A stretch of DNA of 64,000 bases from Candidatus Latescibacterota bacterium (GTDB lineage Bacteria; Latescibacterota; UBA2968; UBA8231). Both the position numbers and the translations under genes were made by a program. Within the stretch, counting starts at the first letter, position 1; the number at the start of each line of letters is the position of its first letter. The stretch spans positions 6,208,001-6,272,000 of the forward strand of contig OZ244561.1 of NCBI GenBank assembly GCA_965217585.1. The letters run 5' to 3'. The notes under the pieces are model-generated. The model had not been told where the DNA came from, did no database searches, and saw only the letters and a program-made list of their open reading frames with translations. Shown one piece after another: positions 36,838 to 45,578 of this stretch.

Positions 36838-39016
36838 TATCGTCGTCCGCGTCCTCGACGCCAGCGACCAAACCCCGCTGCCCGGCGCGACGTTGGCGGT
36901 GCTGGGAACGGAATTTGGGGGATACGCCAACGAAGAGGGCCACTGCCGGGTCGAGGGCTTGCCGCCCGGCCAATACGATCTGCTTTGTTCGCATATTGGC
37001 TATCGCTCGCACACCCTGCACGGCGTTGCGCCCGGGGAGGAGGAGCGCGTCGTCGCCCTCGAACCTACGGCCGTCGAAGTTCCCGAGCTAGTCGTCTCTG
37101 CTGCCCGCCGCTCCCAAACTTTTGCCCAAGCCCCCATTAGTATCTCAGTCGCCGATGCCGAGCGCATCGCCGATCACAACGCCTTCTCGCTGACAGGCCC
37201 CCTGCGCTATGTCTCGGGCATCAGCCAAGTGGGTAGCCAGCCCGTCGTCCGCGGGTCGAGTGGCTACAGCCGCGGCACGGGCAGTCGGCTGCTGATGCTG
37301 GTGGATGGGTTTCCAATGCTGTCGTCGGATGTGGGCGACATCAAGTGGGATGCCGTGCCCCTGCAGCAAGTTGAGCGCGTGGAGGTAGTCAAAGGAGCTG
37401 GCTCGGCCCTGTACGGCACGGGGGCTTTGGGCGGGGTAATCAACGTGCTTACGCGCGATCCGGCGCGTGAGCCGGGCACCCGCTTTCGGCTGCTCAGCGG
37501 GCTGTATAGCCAGCCAGCGCATAGCCAGTGGCGTTGGCGCGAGTCCCCGATGCACTTTGTCGGGTTTGACGTAAGCCACAATCGGGTCTTGGGCCGGACC
37601 GGCTTGGCGCTGAGTGGGGGCCACAATCGGAGCACGGGGTACCACCAAAACGGAGATAATCGCCGCTACCATCTATACGCCAAGGCAGTGCATCGCTTTT
37701 CGCCGACGAGCTATTGGCGCGTGATGGGCAATTGGGCACTGGACGACCACGGGGTTTTCATCCAGTGGCGCGACCGCAGCCATCCGCTGGCTGTGCCCGA
37801 AAGCGACGCCCCAGCCCATACCCTCTCGTGGAAGCTGCACCTCAATTCCGAGTACTACCACTTGGTACACAGCGACCTGGGCTACCGGCTCAAGCTGGGG
37901 TATTACCGCACGGATTTTACCAACAACGCGGCGGCTGGAGGCTTGGCCTCAGATGGCCACAAAATTTCGGGCGAAGGTCAGTTCGATTACACGGGGTTGC
38001 GCGGTTGGAATTGGACGCTGGGGCTGGCCTCCGTGGCCGATCTGGTGCGCTCGCCTGACGATTTCCTCGGCACGCGCTCTTTGATGACGGTCTCCGGCTA
38101 CGCCCAAGGCGTGTATGAAATCAGTCCGCTAGCCGAGTGGACGACCGGGTTGCGCTACGACTGGAGTCGGCTCTCCGCCGCCTCTGGGCTGACGGGCGGG
38201 CCGTGCGGGGCACCGCCGGTCGAGAGTAAAAGTATTGGGGAATTTAGCCCCCAGGTCGGCTTTTCCTATCGGCTGTCGGAGGCGACTGCGCTGCGGGCTT
38301 CGCTCGGCCGTGGTTTTCGCGTGCCTTCGGTACTTGAGGTCTTTTCCCAGGCCGAGGCCTCTGGTATCCGGGTCTGCCCTAACCCCGCCTTGGATCCCGA
38401 GCGGGCTTGGTCTGGCGAGGTCGGGATCAAACAGGGGCTGGCAAAGTGGTTGGCCCTCGATATGGCCCTGTTTTGGAACGAGTACCGCGGGCTGATTGAG
38501 GGGCGTCCAGACCCCTATACTGGAGGGACCGTGCCCGTGGCGCGCTTCCTGAATTTGGCGCGGGCGCGGGTCGGCGGGTTTGAAAGCGAAGTCTTGGCCG
38601 CCCTGCCGCTGGGCTTGGGGGCTAGGGCGGCTTATACCTTTGTCGATGGCGTAGAGTTTCTCGATGGGGACCAAGTGCTGCCGCCTTATTGCCACGGCGA
38701 CTACGGTGATCAGGCACCGCTGCCCTATCGGTCGCGCCACGTCCTCAATCTGGGCCTCCAAGGGGAGCGCGGTCCCACCAGCGGGCGGGTGAACTTCCAA
38801 TACCTCAGCCGTTTTGAACGGGTATCCGGCCTCTTTGCCGAGTGCGGGCGCGACTATGTGCCCATTTACTTGCTCGACGTGCAGTTGAGCCGACAGCTAG
38901 GCCCCTTGCGGCTCAACCTGCGGGTGGACAACGCGCTGCAGTATTACTACGCGACGATCGAGCGCAAAATACGCCCCTTGCGTCGCATCTCCTTGAGCGT
39001 GGATGGTGCGCTCTAA
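36764..39016 (+). CDS. TonB-dependent receptor
   Basis: Carboxypeptidase-regulatory-like N-domain; plug motifs LVVSAARR and ERVEVVKGAGSALYGTGALGGVINVLT; RASLGRGFRVPS, NPALDPE and VDNAL. Confidence 0.9.
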   Translation: MRPSLALLCVSAFCLLNSWPSSAADIVVRVLDASDQTPLPGATLAVLGTEFGGYANEEGHCRVEGLPPGQYDLLCSHIGYRSHTLHGVAPGEEERVVALEPTAVEVPELVVSAARRSQTFAQAPISISVADAERIADHNAFSLTGPLRYVSGISQVGSQPVVRGSSGYSRGTGSRLLMLVDGFPMLSSDVGDIKWDAVPLQQVERVEVVKGAGSALYGTGALGGVINVLTRDPAREPGTRFRLLSGLYSQPAHSQWRWRESPMHFVGFDVSHNRVLGRTGLALSGGHNRSTGYHQNGDNRRYHLYAKAVHRFSPTSYWRVMGNWALDDHGVFIQWRDRSHPLAVPESDAPAHTLSWKLHLNSEYYHLVHSDLGYRLKLGYYRTDFTNNAAAGGLASDGHKISGEGQFDYTGLRGWNWTLGLASVADLVRSPDDFLGTRSLMTVSGYAQGVYEISPLAEWTTGLRYDWSRLSAASGLTGGPCGAPPVESKSIGEFSPQVGFSYRLSEATALRASLGRGFRVPSVLEVFSQAEASGIRVCPNPALDPERAWSGEVGIKQGLAKWLALDMALFWNEYRGLIEGRPDPYTGGTVPVARFLNLARARVGGFESEVLAALPLGLGARAAYTFVDGVEFLDGDQVLPPYCHGDYGDQAPLPYRSRHVLNLGLQGERGPTSGRVNFQYLSRFERVSGLFAECGRDYVPIYLLDVQLSRQLGPLRLNLRVDNALQYYYATIERKIRPLRRISLSVDGAL

Positions 39017-40709
39017 CAATCCCTATACAGCTAGTATAGTCCAGTGGCAGGCCGCCATTGAGCAGGGCCGCTTCGACTGCGAGTTCGGACGGATCTACGG
39101 ACGGGACCAGGTGGCGATTTGGCGGGCCAACTACTTGGAGGCTCTGCGCCATTTTGCAGCTCGCTACGGCAGCGAGGGCCGCGTGGTCGTGGCGCGCTGC
39201 CCTGGGCAGATGAACGTCATGGGTATGCACATTGACTACGGCGGCATGCCCTCAGTGCGGATGGCCGTGCGCGGCGCGGATACGTTGGTGGTGGCGCGGG
39301 CGGCTTCCAGTCGGCGAGTGCGGCTCGCCAGCTTTTTGCGCAGCCCAGGTGCGGCCGTAGATCGCTTCGCTCCGATTGAACTCGACTTGAAGGAAATCCT
39401 ACCGAAGGTCCGCGTGGCCGAGCGGCAGGCACTGATGGACTACGCGGGCCAAGTTTGCCGCCAGCGCTTAGAGCGCACGGGTAGCGCCTTGGCCAGCGAC
39501 TGGTCGGCGCTGGTAGCGGGGCAGCTCGTGTACTTGGAGAGTTACTTTCGCGGTCGCGTGGCCTTGGGCGGCTTCGACGGGCTGGTGTGGAGCAATGTCT
39601 CGCCCAGCGGGGGCATGAGTTCGTCTTCGGCGCTGGTTGTGGCGACGGCGCTGGCGGCGATGGGGGTTCACGGATTGGTGCCGCGCCGCGATATGCCCGA
39701 AGCGGACTTGGTCGATGGGCTGGGCACCTCGGAGTGGATGCGCGGCACGCGCGGTGGCACGGCAGACCACGGAGGGATGATCTTGGGTCGGGCGGGCAAA
39801 CTGGTCGGCGTCGGCGTCTTTCCGGCTCGCGTACAAGGCGAGGCCGCGTTGCCCGACGAGTACGCAGCCCTAGTGCTCGACAGCGGCGTCGTGCGCGAAT
39901 ACGACGAGGCCGTCAAGGAAGAGACGGTCATCGCCTATCCGCTCGGCGCGTTTATCGCCCGCGAGCTGATTTTGCCGCGGCTGGGCAAAGGCAGCGCTGT
40001 GCGCAAGCGCATCCGCTATCTCCGGGATATTGCGTCCGAGCCGCTGGGGCTGTCGCTTGCGGACCTGTACCGGGTCTTGGGCCAGATGCCTCGGCAGACC
40101 AGTCTGGCGGAGTTAGCGACCGCAGCGCAAGCGGCCGGAGTCGGGGAGCATTTTGACGCCATGTGCCAGCGAGAGGTCGCCGGCAAGTTCCAGCTCCTAT
40201 CCGAGGACACGCCGTTGTTTATTCGCCGGCGCTGTATTTATGGATTGGCCGAACAGGACCGGGTGGCCGGTATGGTCGAATACCTCAATGCGGGCGATGT
40301 GGCCACGGCCTTGGAACTGATCCGCATTTCGCACGACGGCGATCTAGATCGGGAAGTCGGAGACGAAGTTTTGGCGCAGCTTGTAGAGCGGGCCGAGCGT
40401 GGAGAAGAGCGAGCGCAATTGCGCTTTTTGCCCGGGGGCTACGGACGGATGACGCCAGCTTACGATCGGACTGTGCGAGAGGTCAATCGGTTTCTCATCG
40501 CCGAGGGACCAACGGCGGGGGCCGTGCAGCGGCTGGGCGCGGGCTGGGGCGGCAACATCGGCGGGCTAGTCCACCGTGCGTTCGTCGATGGGAAACGCCG
40601 CGCCGCATTTGCCGATATGTTGCGCACGGAGCTGGGCCATGAGCCGGAGCTAGCCGTGGCCGTGCCCGGAGAAGGTGCGAATTTGCTCGCCGCGCCCCAA
40701 AGAGGCTGA
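39003..40709 (+). CDS. Galactokinase-like GHMP kinase
   Basis: RCPGQMNVMGMHIDY (galactokinase signature), PSGGMSSSSA and RLGAGWGG. Confidence 0.85.
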   Translation: MVRSNNPYTASIVQWQAAIEQGRFDCEFGRIYGRDQVAIWRANYLEALRHFAARYGSEGRVVVARCPGQMNVMGMHIDYGGMPSVRMAVRGADTLVVARAASSRRVRLASFLRSPGAAVDRFAPIELDLKEILPKVRVAERQALMDYAGQVCRQRLERTGSALASDWSALVAGQLVYLESYFRGRVALGGFDGLVWSNVSPSGGMSSSSALVVATALAAMGVHGLVPRRDMPEADLVDGLGTSEWMRGTRGGTADHGGMILGRAGKLVGVGVFPARVQGEAALPDEYAALVLDSGVVREYDEAVKEETVIAYPLGAFIARELILPRLGKGSAVRKRIRYLRDIASEPLGLSLADLYRVLGQMPRQTSLAELATAAQAAGVGEHFDAMCQREVAGKFQLLSEDTPLFIRRRCIYGLAEQDRVAGMVEYLNAGDVATALELIRISHDGDLDREVGDEVLAQLVERAERGEERAQLRFLPGGYGRMTPAYDRTVREVNRFLIAEGPTAGAVQRLGAGWGGNIGGLVHRAFVDGKRRAAFADMLRTELGHEPELAVAVPGEGANLLAAPQRG

Positions 40710-40710
40710 G

Positions 40711-41898
40711 ATGGAACACTTGTTGGATGGCGTGCGGGTGCTCGACTTGACGCGGGTTTTAGCCGGGCCGTACGCGTCTATGGTGTTGGCCGACTTGGGC
40801 GCGGAAGTCATCAAGATCGAGCTGCCGGGCACGGGCGACGAGGCGCGGGGGTTCGGGCCGTTCCAAAACGGCGAGAGCGCGTACTTTGCCAGCGTCAACC
40901 GGGGCAAGAAGAGCGCGACGATCGACTTGCGGCAGGCGCGGGGTCAGGACTTGGCGCGGCGTTTGGCCGGCGAGTGCGATGTGTTGATTGAGAATTTTCG
41001 TCCCAGCAGTATGGATCGCTTTGGGTTGGGGTACGCGGACCTGCACGCGCTGTACCCGCGCTTGGTGTACGCGTCGATTTCGGGTTTTGGCCAGACTGGC
41101 CCGTACGCGCAGAGGCCTGCGTACGATGTCCTCATTCAGGCGATGGGGGGTCTAGCCAGCATTACCGGGCAGCCCGACGGTCCGCCCGTGCGGGTCGGCT
41201 CGTCGATTGCCGACTTGAGTGCGGCTCTCTTTGGGGCCATTGGCATCCTCGCGGCCTTAGAGCGGGCGCGGCGCACCGGCGAGGGGCAGCAAGTCGATAT
41301 TTCCATGCTCGACTGTCAGGTGGCCCTGCTGGAAAACGCCCTCGCCCGCTACGCCGTATCCGGCGAAGTGCCCCGGCCGCTTGGGTCGCGGCATCCGGCC
41401 ATTACCCCTTTTCAGTTTTTCGCCGCCCGCGATGGGTACATCGTCATTGCCGCGGGCAACGACCGGCTCTGGCGTCAGCTCTGCGACGCCTTGGGCCTCG
41501 GCGCGTTGGCCGACGATCCGCGTTTTGCCAACAACGCGCTGCGCACCGAGAACCACGCGGCTTTGGAGCCGATGTTGGAGCCGGTGCTGGCCGAGAAAAC
41601 GGTTGATGAGTGGTGCGCGATCCTAACTGCGGCCGGCGTGCCGAGCGGGCCGTTGTGCGATGTGGAGCAGGTCTTTGGCGACGAGCAGGTGGCGGCGCGG
41701 GAGATGATCGTCGAGCTGGAGCATCCGGTGGCGGGCCGGCAGACGGTGGCCAACTCGCCGCTGCGGTTTTCCGCGACTCCGGTGGAACTGCGCGGGCCAG
41801 CGCCCTTGTTGGGGCAGCACACCGAGGAGGTCTTAAGCGGCGTCTTGGGGCTGACGGAAGGGGAGATGGCGGCGTTGCGGGCTGAGGGTGTGATATGA
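40711..41898 (+). CDS. CaiB/BaiF family III CoA-transferase
   Basis: LDGVRVLDLTRVLAGP, NRGKKS, ENFRP, SGFGQTGP and YDVLIQAMGG. Confidence 0.95.
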   Translation: MEHLLDGVRVLDLTRVLAGPYASMVLADLGAEVIKIELPGTGDEARGFGPFQNGESAYFASVNRGKKSATIDLRQARGQDLARRLAGECDVLIENFRPSSMDRFGLGYADLHALYPRLVYASISGFGQTGPYAQRPAYDVLIQAMGGLASITGQPDGPPVRVGSSIADLSAALFGAIGILAALERARRTGEGQQVDISMLDCQVALLENALARYAVSGEVPRPLGSRHPAITPFQFFAARDGYIVIAAGNDRLWRQLCDALGLGALADDPRFANNALRTENHAALEPMLEPVLAEKTVDEWCAILTAAGVPSGPLCDVEQVFGDEQVAAREMIVELEHPVAGRQTVANSPLRFSATPVELRGPAPLLGQHTEEVLSGVLGLTEGEMAALRAEGVI

Positions 41899-42067
41899 GG
41901 GCGGGGAGTGCTTGGCTGCGCCTTGGTTGCCGCTGGATATGCTGCGACCTAACGGAAAAGTGGGCGTTAGGCTGGTATCAAATCCAACCCTAATAGCAAA
42001 GCTTCTATCTGATAAGCGGAGCCGAATTTTACATCGAACCTGCCCAACGAAATTCGGGCGTGTACCG

Positions 42068-43336
42068 TCAGATCGGAAAAGACAACTGTTCCTCCTTCGA
42101 ACTAGTGTGATCGGGCAGTTCAAAACGCACCGGTCGCAACTTCTTGATGACCACTCCTTGCTCGACAGCCCTCTTCATCCAAATGTCGAACTGAGTCTGC
42201 ACAAGGCCATAGTGGCTTTCCAACTCTGATTTTTTGCGAGGCCCGTTCGCAAGCCGTTCGCGGAGCGACTGAATGAAGTGTCCGTATAGGTCAGAACTCT
42301 GCTCCTGCGGTCTGGTGTGCTCGGGCTGTTCCGAGACGTTTCCAGCACCAGAAGGAGCGGTCCCTACTTCAGTGTCTGCATATAAGGAGTCGGCCTCTAT
42401 TTGCCCTGATGAGGCGGCTGATTGATCCAAGGCACAAATCCGCTGGATTACCTCCTGCGGGGGACCTTGTGCATGATGGACGCTTAAAAGGGCCGTATTG
42501 CCAGAACCATCGCTGTCTTGGCGGACCCAGATAGGCACCCATTGTTTCTTCATGTTCTCAATGGCACCTTCCCAAGTGCCACCTTTTATACCGGAATGAA
42601 CAACTAACGCTCTATCGGACAGGCAGTAGATGTACTTATTCCTTTGCATGGCCTTGCCGACGGTGAAACCTGCTTCGGGGTTAAATGGCGAGACCAGCAC
42701 CAGATTCTGAGACCGCAGATAGGATCGGTACATCTTACTTGACGACGCGCGTAGCAGGCTGTCCGCAAGAATGCCGACAACAGTGCCTTCCCTGTCCAGT
42801 GCCCCGAACATCGCGGCTTGGTCAATCCCCTTCGCTCCGCCCGATACGACGGAGTAACCGGCTTCAGCCACAGCTCCGCCGAACGCCTGAGTCCAAGAAA
42901 GATCGCGCTCCGAAGCCGCTCGAGAGCCGACGACCGCGATTCCTCCAGAGCACAGCAGCGTTCGGCGACCGCAGCCGTACAGCACTGCGGGGGATGCTTG
43001 GCCGAGCCGCTTCTTTAGGCGGGCTGGATAGTCCTCGTCGGCGCTCGTCAACCACCATAAGCCAGCTTGTGCCCACCTATCCTTGGCAAGCCCCAAGGCA
43101 CTTCCTCGGTCTAGAAGCCTTTTGATCCGCTCCGTAGTTCCCCTAGGGTCGGACCTGTCTCCCAAGACTTCATCCGCATTCTCCAAGAGGTGGTCTGGGG
43201 TTGCATTCTGTTTCTCGAGCCAACTCGCAAACGCCCCCCATTCTTCCGTCGTTAAAGGTTTCGCTCCGCTGTCATCAGAGCCGGAAAGGTGTGCCGTCAG
43301 GAGCAGCACCGCATCGCTGTTGCCAGATGTAGCCAT
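42068..43336 (-). CDS. DprA/Smf-like protein (RqlI-like)
   Basis: DYPARL, AVVGSR, VVSGGAKGIDQAAM, AMQRNKYIY and GGTWEGA; winged-helix-like C-terminus. Confidence 0.85.
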   Translation of the reverse strand: MATSGNSDAVLLLTAHLSGSDDSGAKPLTTEEWGAFASWLEKQNATPDHLLENADEVLGDRSDPRGTTERIKRLLDRGSALGLAKDRWAQAGLWWLTSADEDYPARLKKRLGQASPAVLYGCGRRTLLCSGGIAVVGSRAASERDLSWTQAFGGAVAEAGYSVVSGGAKGIDQAAMFGALDREGTVVGILADSLLRASSSKMYRSYLRSQNLVLVSPFNPEAGFTVGKAMQRNKYIYCLSDRALVVHSGIKGGTWEGAIENMKKQWVPIWVRQDSDGSGNTALLSVHHAQGPPQEVIQRICALDQSAASSGQIEADSLYADTEVGTAPSGAGNVSEQPEHTRPQEQSSDLYGHFIQSLRERLANGPRKKSELESHYGLVQTQFDIWMKRAVEQGVVIKKLRPVRFELPDHTSSKEEQLSFPI

Positions 43337-43339
43337 TTT

Positions 43340-45418
43340 TCAACCTCCTATGCCCGCTGTTGCCAGTCCTACAGGATAAACCAAGCCGCTGCCGGAGCGC
43401 CGTAGGAGCGCCGCCAGAACAGTCATCGTCCAGCGTGAGTCAACTACATCGTCAACGAGTAGGACGGGTGAAGCTGGAACTTTGCCGACGACTTTGAACG
43501 CGCCGTCGAGATTTCGGCACTGATGAAAGGTGTTCTCCTGTTGTTTCTGTGGCGGGCAGTCTCGTACTTTCTGGATCACATCGTAGAACGGCAGCTTGAG
43601 CTTATCTGCCAAGCGTCGTGCAAAATCAGGAACCAGAGTTGGGCACCGAAGCGATGGAACGCAAGCAACCCATTTCACAGGCGGGTCGGGCTGCCATCGC
43701 TCTCGGATCATTTCAGCCACTGCGTGGACAAGCTCGTCCCGGAAGTGCTCAGATTCCTTGTCCTCGGCGACGAGCGCACCCCAGCCAGCATCTCCCCACT
43801 GGGACAGAATTCGCCCCTCCGATGCCTGTAGCTCCGGTACTAAGCGGTCATCAGGGAACCCGTAGGTCGGCAGCACTCCTTTGCGGATGCTCTTTCTCGG
43901 CTCAAACGGCAGTTCCGATCTGCGTAGAAAACGGATCGCTTCCACCTCTAGTGCGTGCTCGACTGTGGTTGCGATTACGGGCTTTCCTATGCAGTTCGCG
44001 CACTTGCCGCATCTACCGGCTGCGGGATCGTCCAGCATGTGTCCGAGGTATTCCATGAAGCAGTCGTCGGTATCGACGTACTCTTGGAACTCTTGCCACT
44101 CGCGGTCCCTCTGACTAGAAAGTCGATGAATGCGTTCCTGATCCAATTCGAATTCGGCTGCGGTGCGATGCCATTTTGAATCGTCCTTTATGATGGGTGA
44201 AGGAACTTCGACGCTGAGAACTTTCAGTACCTGATCAATTTGGCTCTGGCGCATGTTTAGCTGTTTCTGTAGTTCAGCGATGGACTGGCCGTCAGAGTCT
44301 TCCAAGGCATCGAGTACTTTCTCAACCGCACGTTCTGGCGGGAAGGCTGTTCGCCGAAAATAGTCGTGGATCTGCTCATCTTCCTCTCCTGCGAGCAGGA
44401 TCCCAACGGCGCTAGGGATAGCCCGGCCGGCTCTGCCTACCTGCTGATAGTAGGCGACGACCGAGCTAGGAGCCTGATAGTGGATGACGAAGCTGAGGTC
44501 TGGCTTGTCGTATCCCATGCCTAAGGCTGTGGTAGCGACTAGGACTTTGATCTCGTTGTTCAGCAGCATGTTTTCCAACCGGCGGCGTTTATCGTGATCA
44601 GCGCCTGCATGGTAGGCCCGAGCTGAAATGCCATGCTGAGCCAGCCAAGTGGCAACCTGTTCGGCGTCGCGCTTGGTGAGTACATACACTATGCCACTGC
44701 CTGGGATCTGCGGAATTGATTGGGCAAGCCACGCCAAGCGCGAGGCTTGATTGTCGAGCCTTATGGTTTGGAGCGAAAGCGAGTGACGCGAGAGTGGGCC
44801 GCGCTGGATTTGGAAATCCGCTAGCTGCGTCTTAATGTCGCCAATCACCCGGTCGTTGGCAGTTGCGGTCGTGCCGAGGACCGGTGTATTGCGCGGAAGC
44901 ATTCTCAGCACGTTGGTCAAGCGCCGGTAATCAGGCCGGAAGTCATGGCCCCAGTCGGAAATACAATGCGCCTCGTCCACAACCAGTAGGCCGATACGAT
45001 CTGCGATCTTCATCAGTGTGCTCTGGCGAAAGTCTTCGTTCGCGAGTCGTTCGGGCGTTATCAGCAAGGCGTCGATCTGATCGTTAATCACGTCCGTGAC
45101 GGTGGCGTCCCAGTCATCGCGATTGGACGAGTCGATCGATGCGGCGCGTATCCCGAGTCGCTGTGCCGCCTCAACCTGATTTCGCATCAGGGCCAGCAGC
45201 GGCGATACGATGATGGTTGGGCCGCGATCTGCGTCGCGGAAGATTCTCGTGGCGACGAAGTACACTGCACTCTTGCCCCAACCTGTCCGTTGCACTAGGA
45301 GCAGCTTGGCTCTCCGATTCGACACGGCATCAATCGCTTCCCATTGCCCAGCCCTGAATCGCGCATCGGGGTTGCCTACAGCTATCTGTAGAAGCCTCTC
45401 CGCTTGTTGTCTATTCAT
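43340..45418 (-). CDS. RecQ-family helicase with C-terminal phosphoribosyltransferase domain (RqlH-like)
   Basis: QRTGWGKS, VDEAHCISDWGHDFRPDY, ATTALGMGYDKPD, QQVGRAGR, Zn site C...CGKCANC and PRTase loop VLLVDDVVDSRWT. Confidence 0.9.
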   Translation of the reverse strand: MNRQQAERLLQIAVGNPDARFRAGQWEAIDAVSNRRAKLLLVQRTGWGKSAVYFVATRIFRDADRGPTIIVSPLLALMRNQVEAAQRLGIRAASIDSSNRDDWDATVTDVINDQIDALLITPERLANEDFRQSTLMKIADRIGLLVVDEAHCISDWGHDFRPDYRRLTNVLRMLPRNTPVLGTTATANDRVIGDIKTQLADFQIQRGPLSRHSLSLQTIRLDNQASRLAWLAQSIPQIPGSGIVYVLTKRDAEQVATWLAQHGISARAYHAGADHDKRRRLENMLLNNEIKVLVATTALGMGYDKPDLSFVIHYQAPSSVVAYYQQVGRAGRAIPSAVGILLAGEEDEQIHDYFRRTAFPPERAVEKVLDALEDSDGQSIAELQKQLNMRQSQIDQVLKVLSVEVPSPIIKDDSKWHRTAAEFELDQERIHRLSSQRDREWQEFQEYVDTDDCFMEYLGHMLDDPAAGRCGKCANCIGKPVIATTVEHALEVEAIRFLRRSELPFEPRKSIRKGVLPTYGFPDDRLVPELQASEGRILSQWGDAGWGALVAEDKESEHFRDELVHAVAEMIRERWQPDPPVKWVACVPSLRCPTLVPDFARRLADKLKLPFYDVIQKVRDCPPQKQQENTFHQCRNLDGAFKVVGKVPASPVLLVDDVVDSRWTMTVLAALLRRSGSGLVYPVGLATAGIGG

Positions 45419-45479
45419 CCTAAATACCTCTTATAAATACCTAACGAAGCGAATAAAACAGCGTCAAGCTCAAGTCAAA

Positions 45480-45522
45480 GGCGGCCATCTCAGCACATCG
45501 AGATGGCCGCCCTTTTTGTTTT
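45480..45522 (+). terminator. Rho-independent terminator-like hairpin
   Basis: 12-bp stem GGCGGCCATCTC/GAGATGGCCGCC, 8-nt loop, followed by CTTTTTGTTTT. Confidence 0.6.
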
Positions 45523-45578
45523 AATCTTAATGATAAGCAGCCTTGAGGATTTTGAGGCGAGGATGTTTGAATGGTATC

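Noticed and set aside
42068-43336. Competence DprA
   Set aside because: Coupled to a RecQ-PRTase in an accessory block, matching RqlI/ShosA-like proteins rather than the competence locus.
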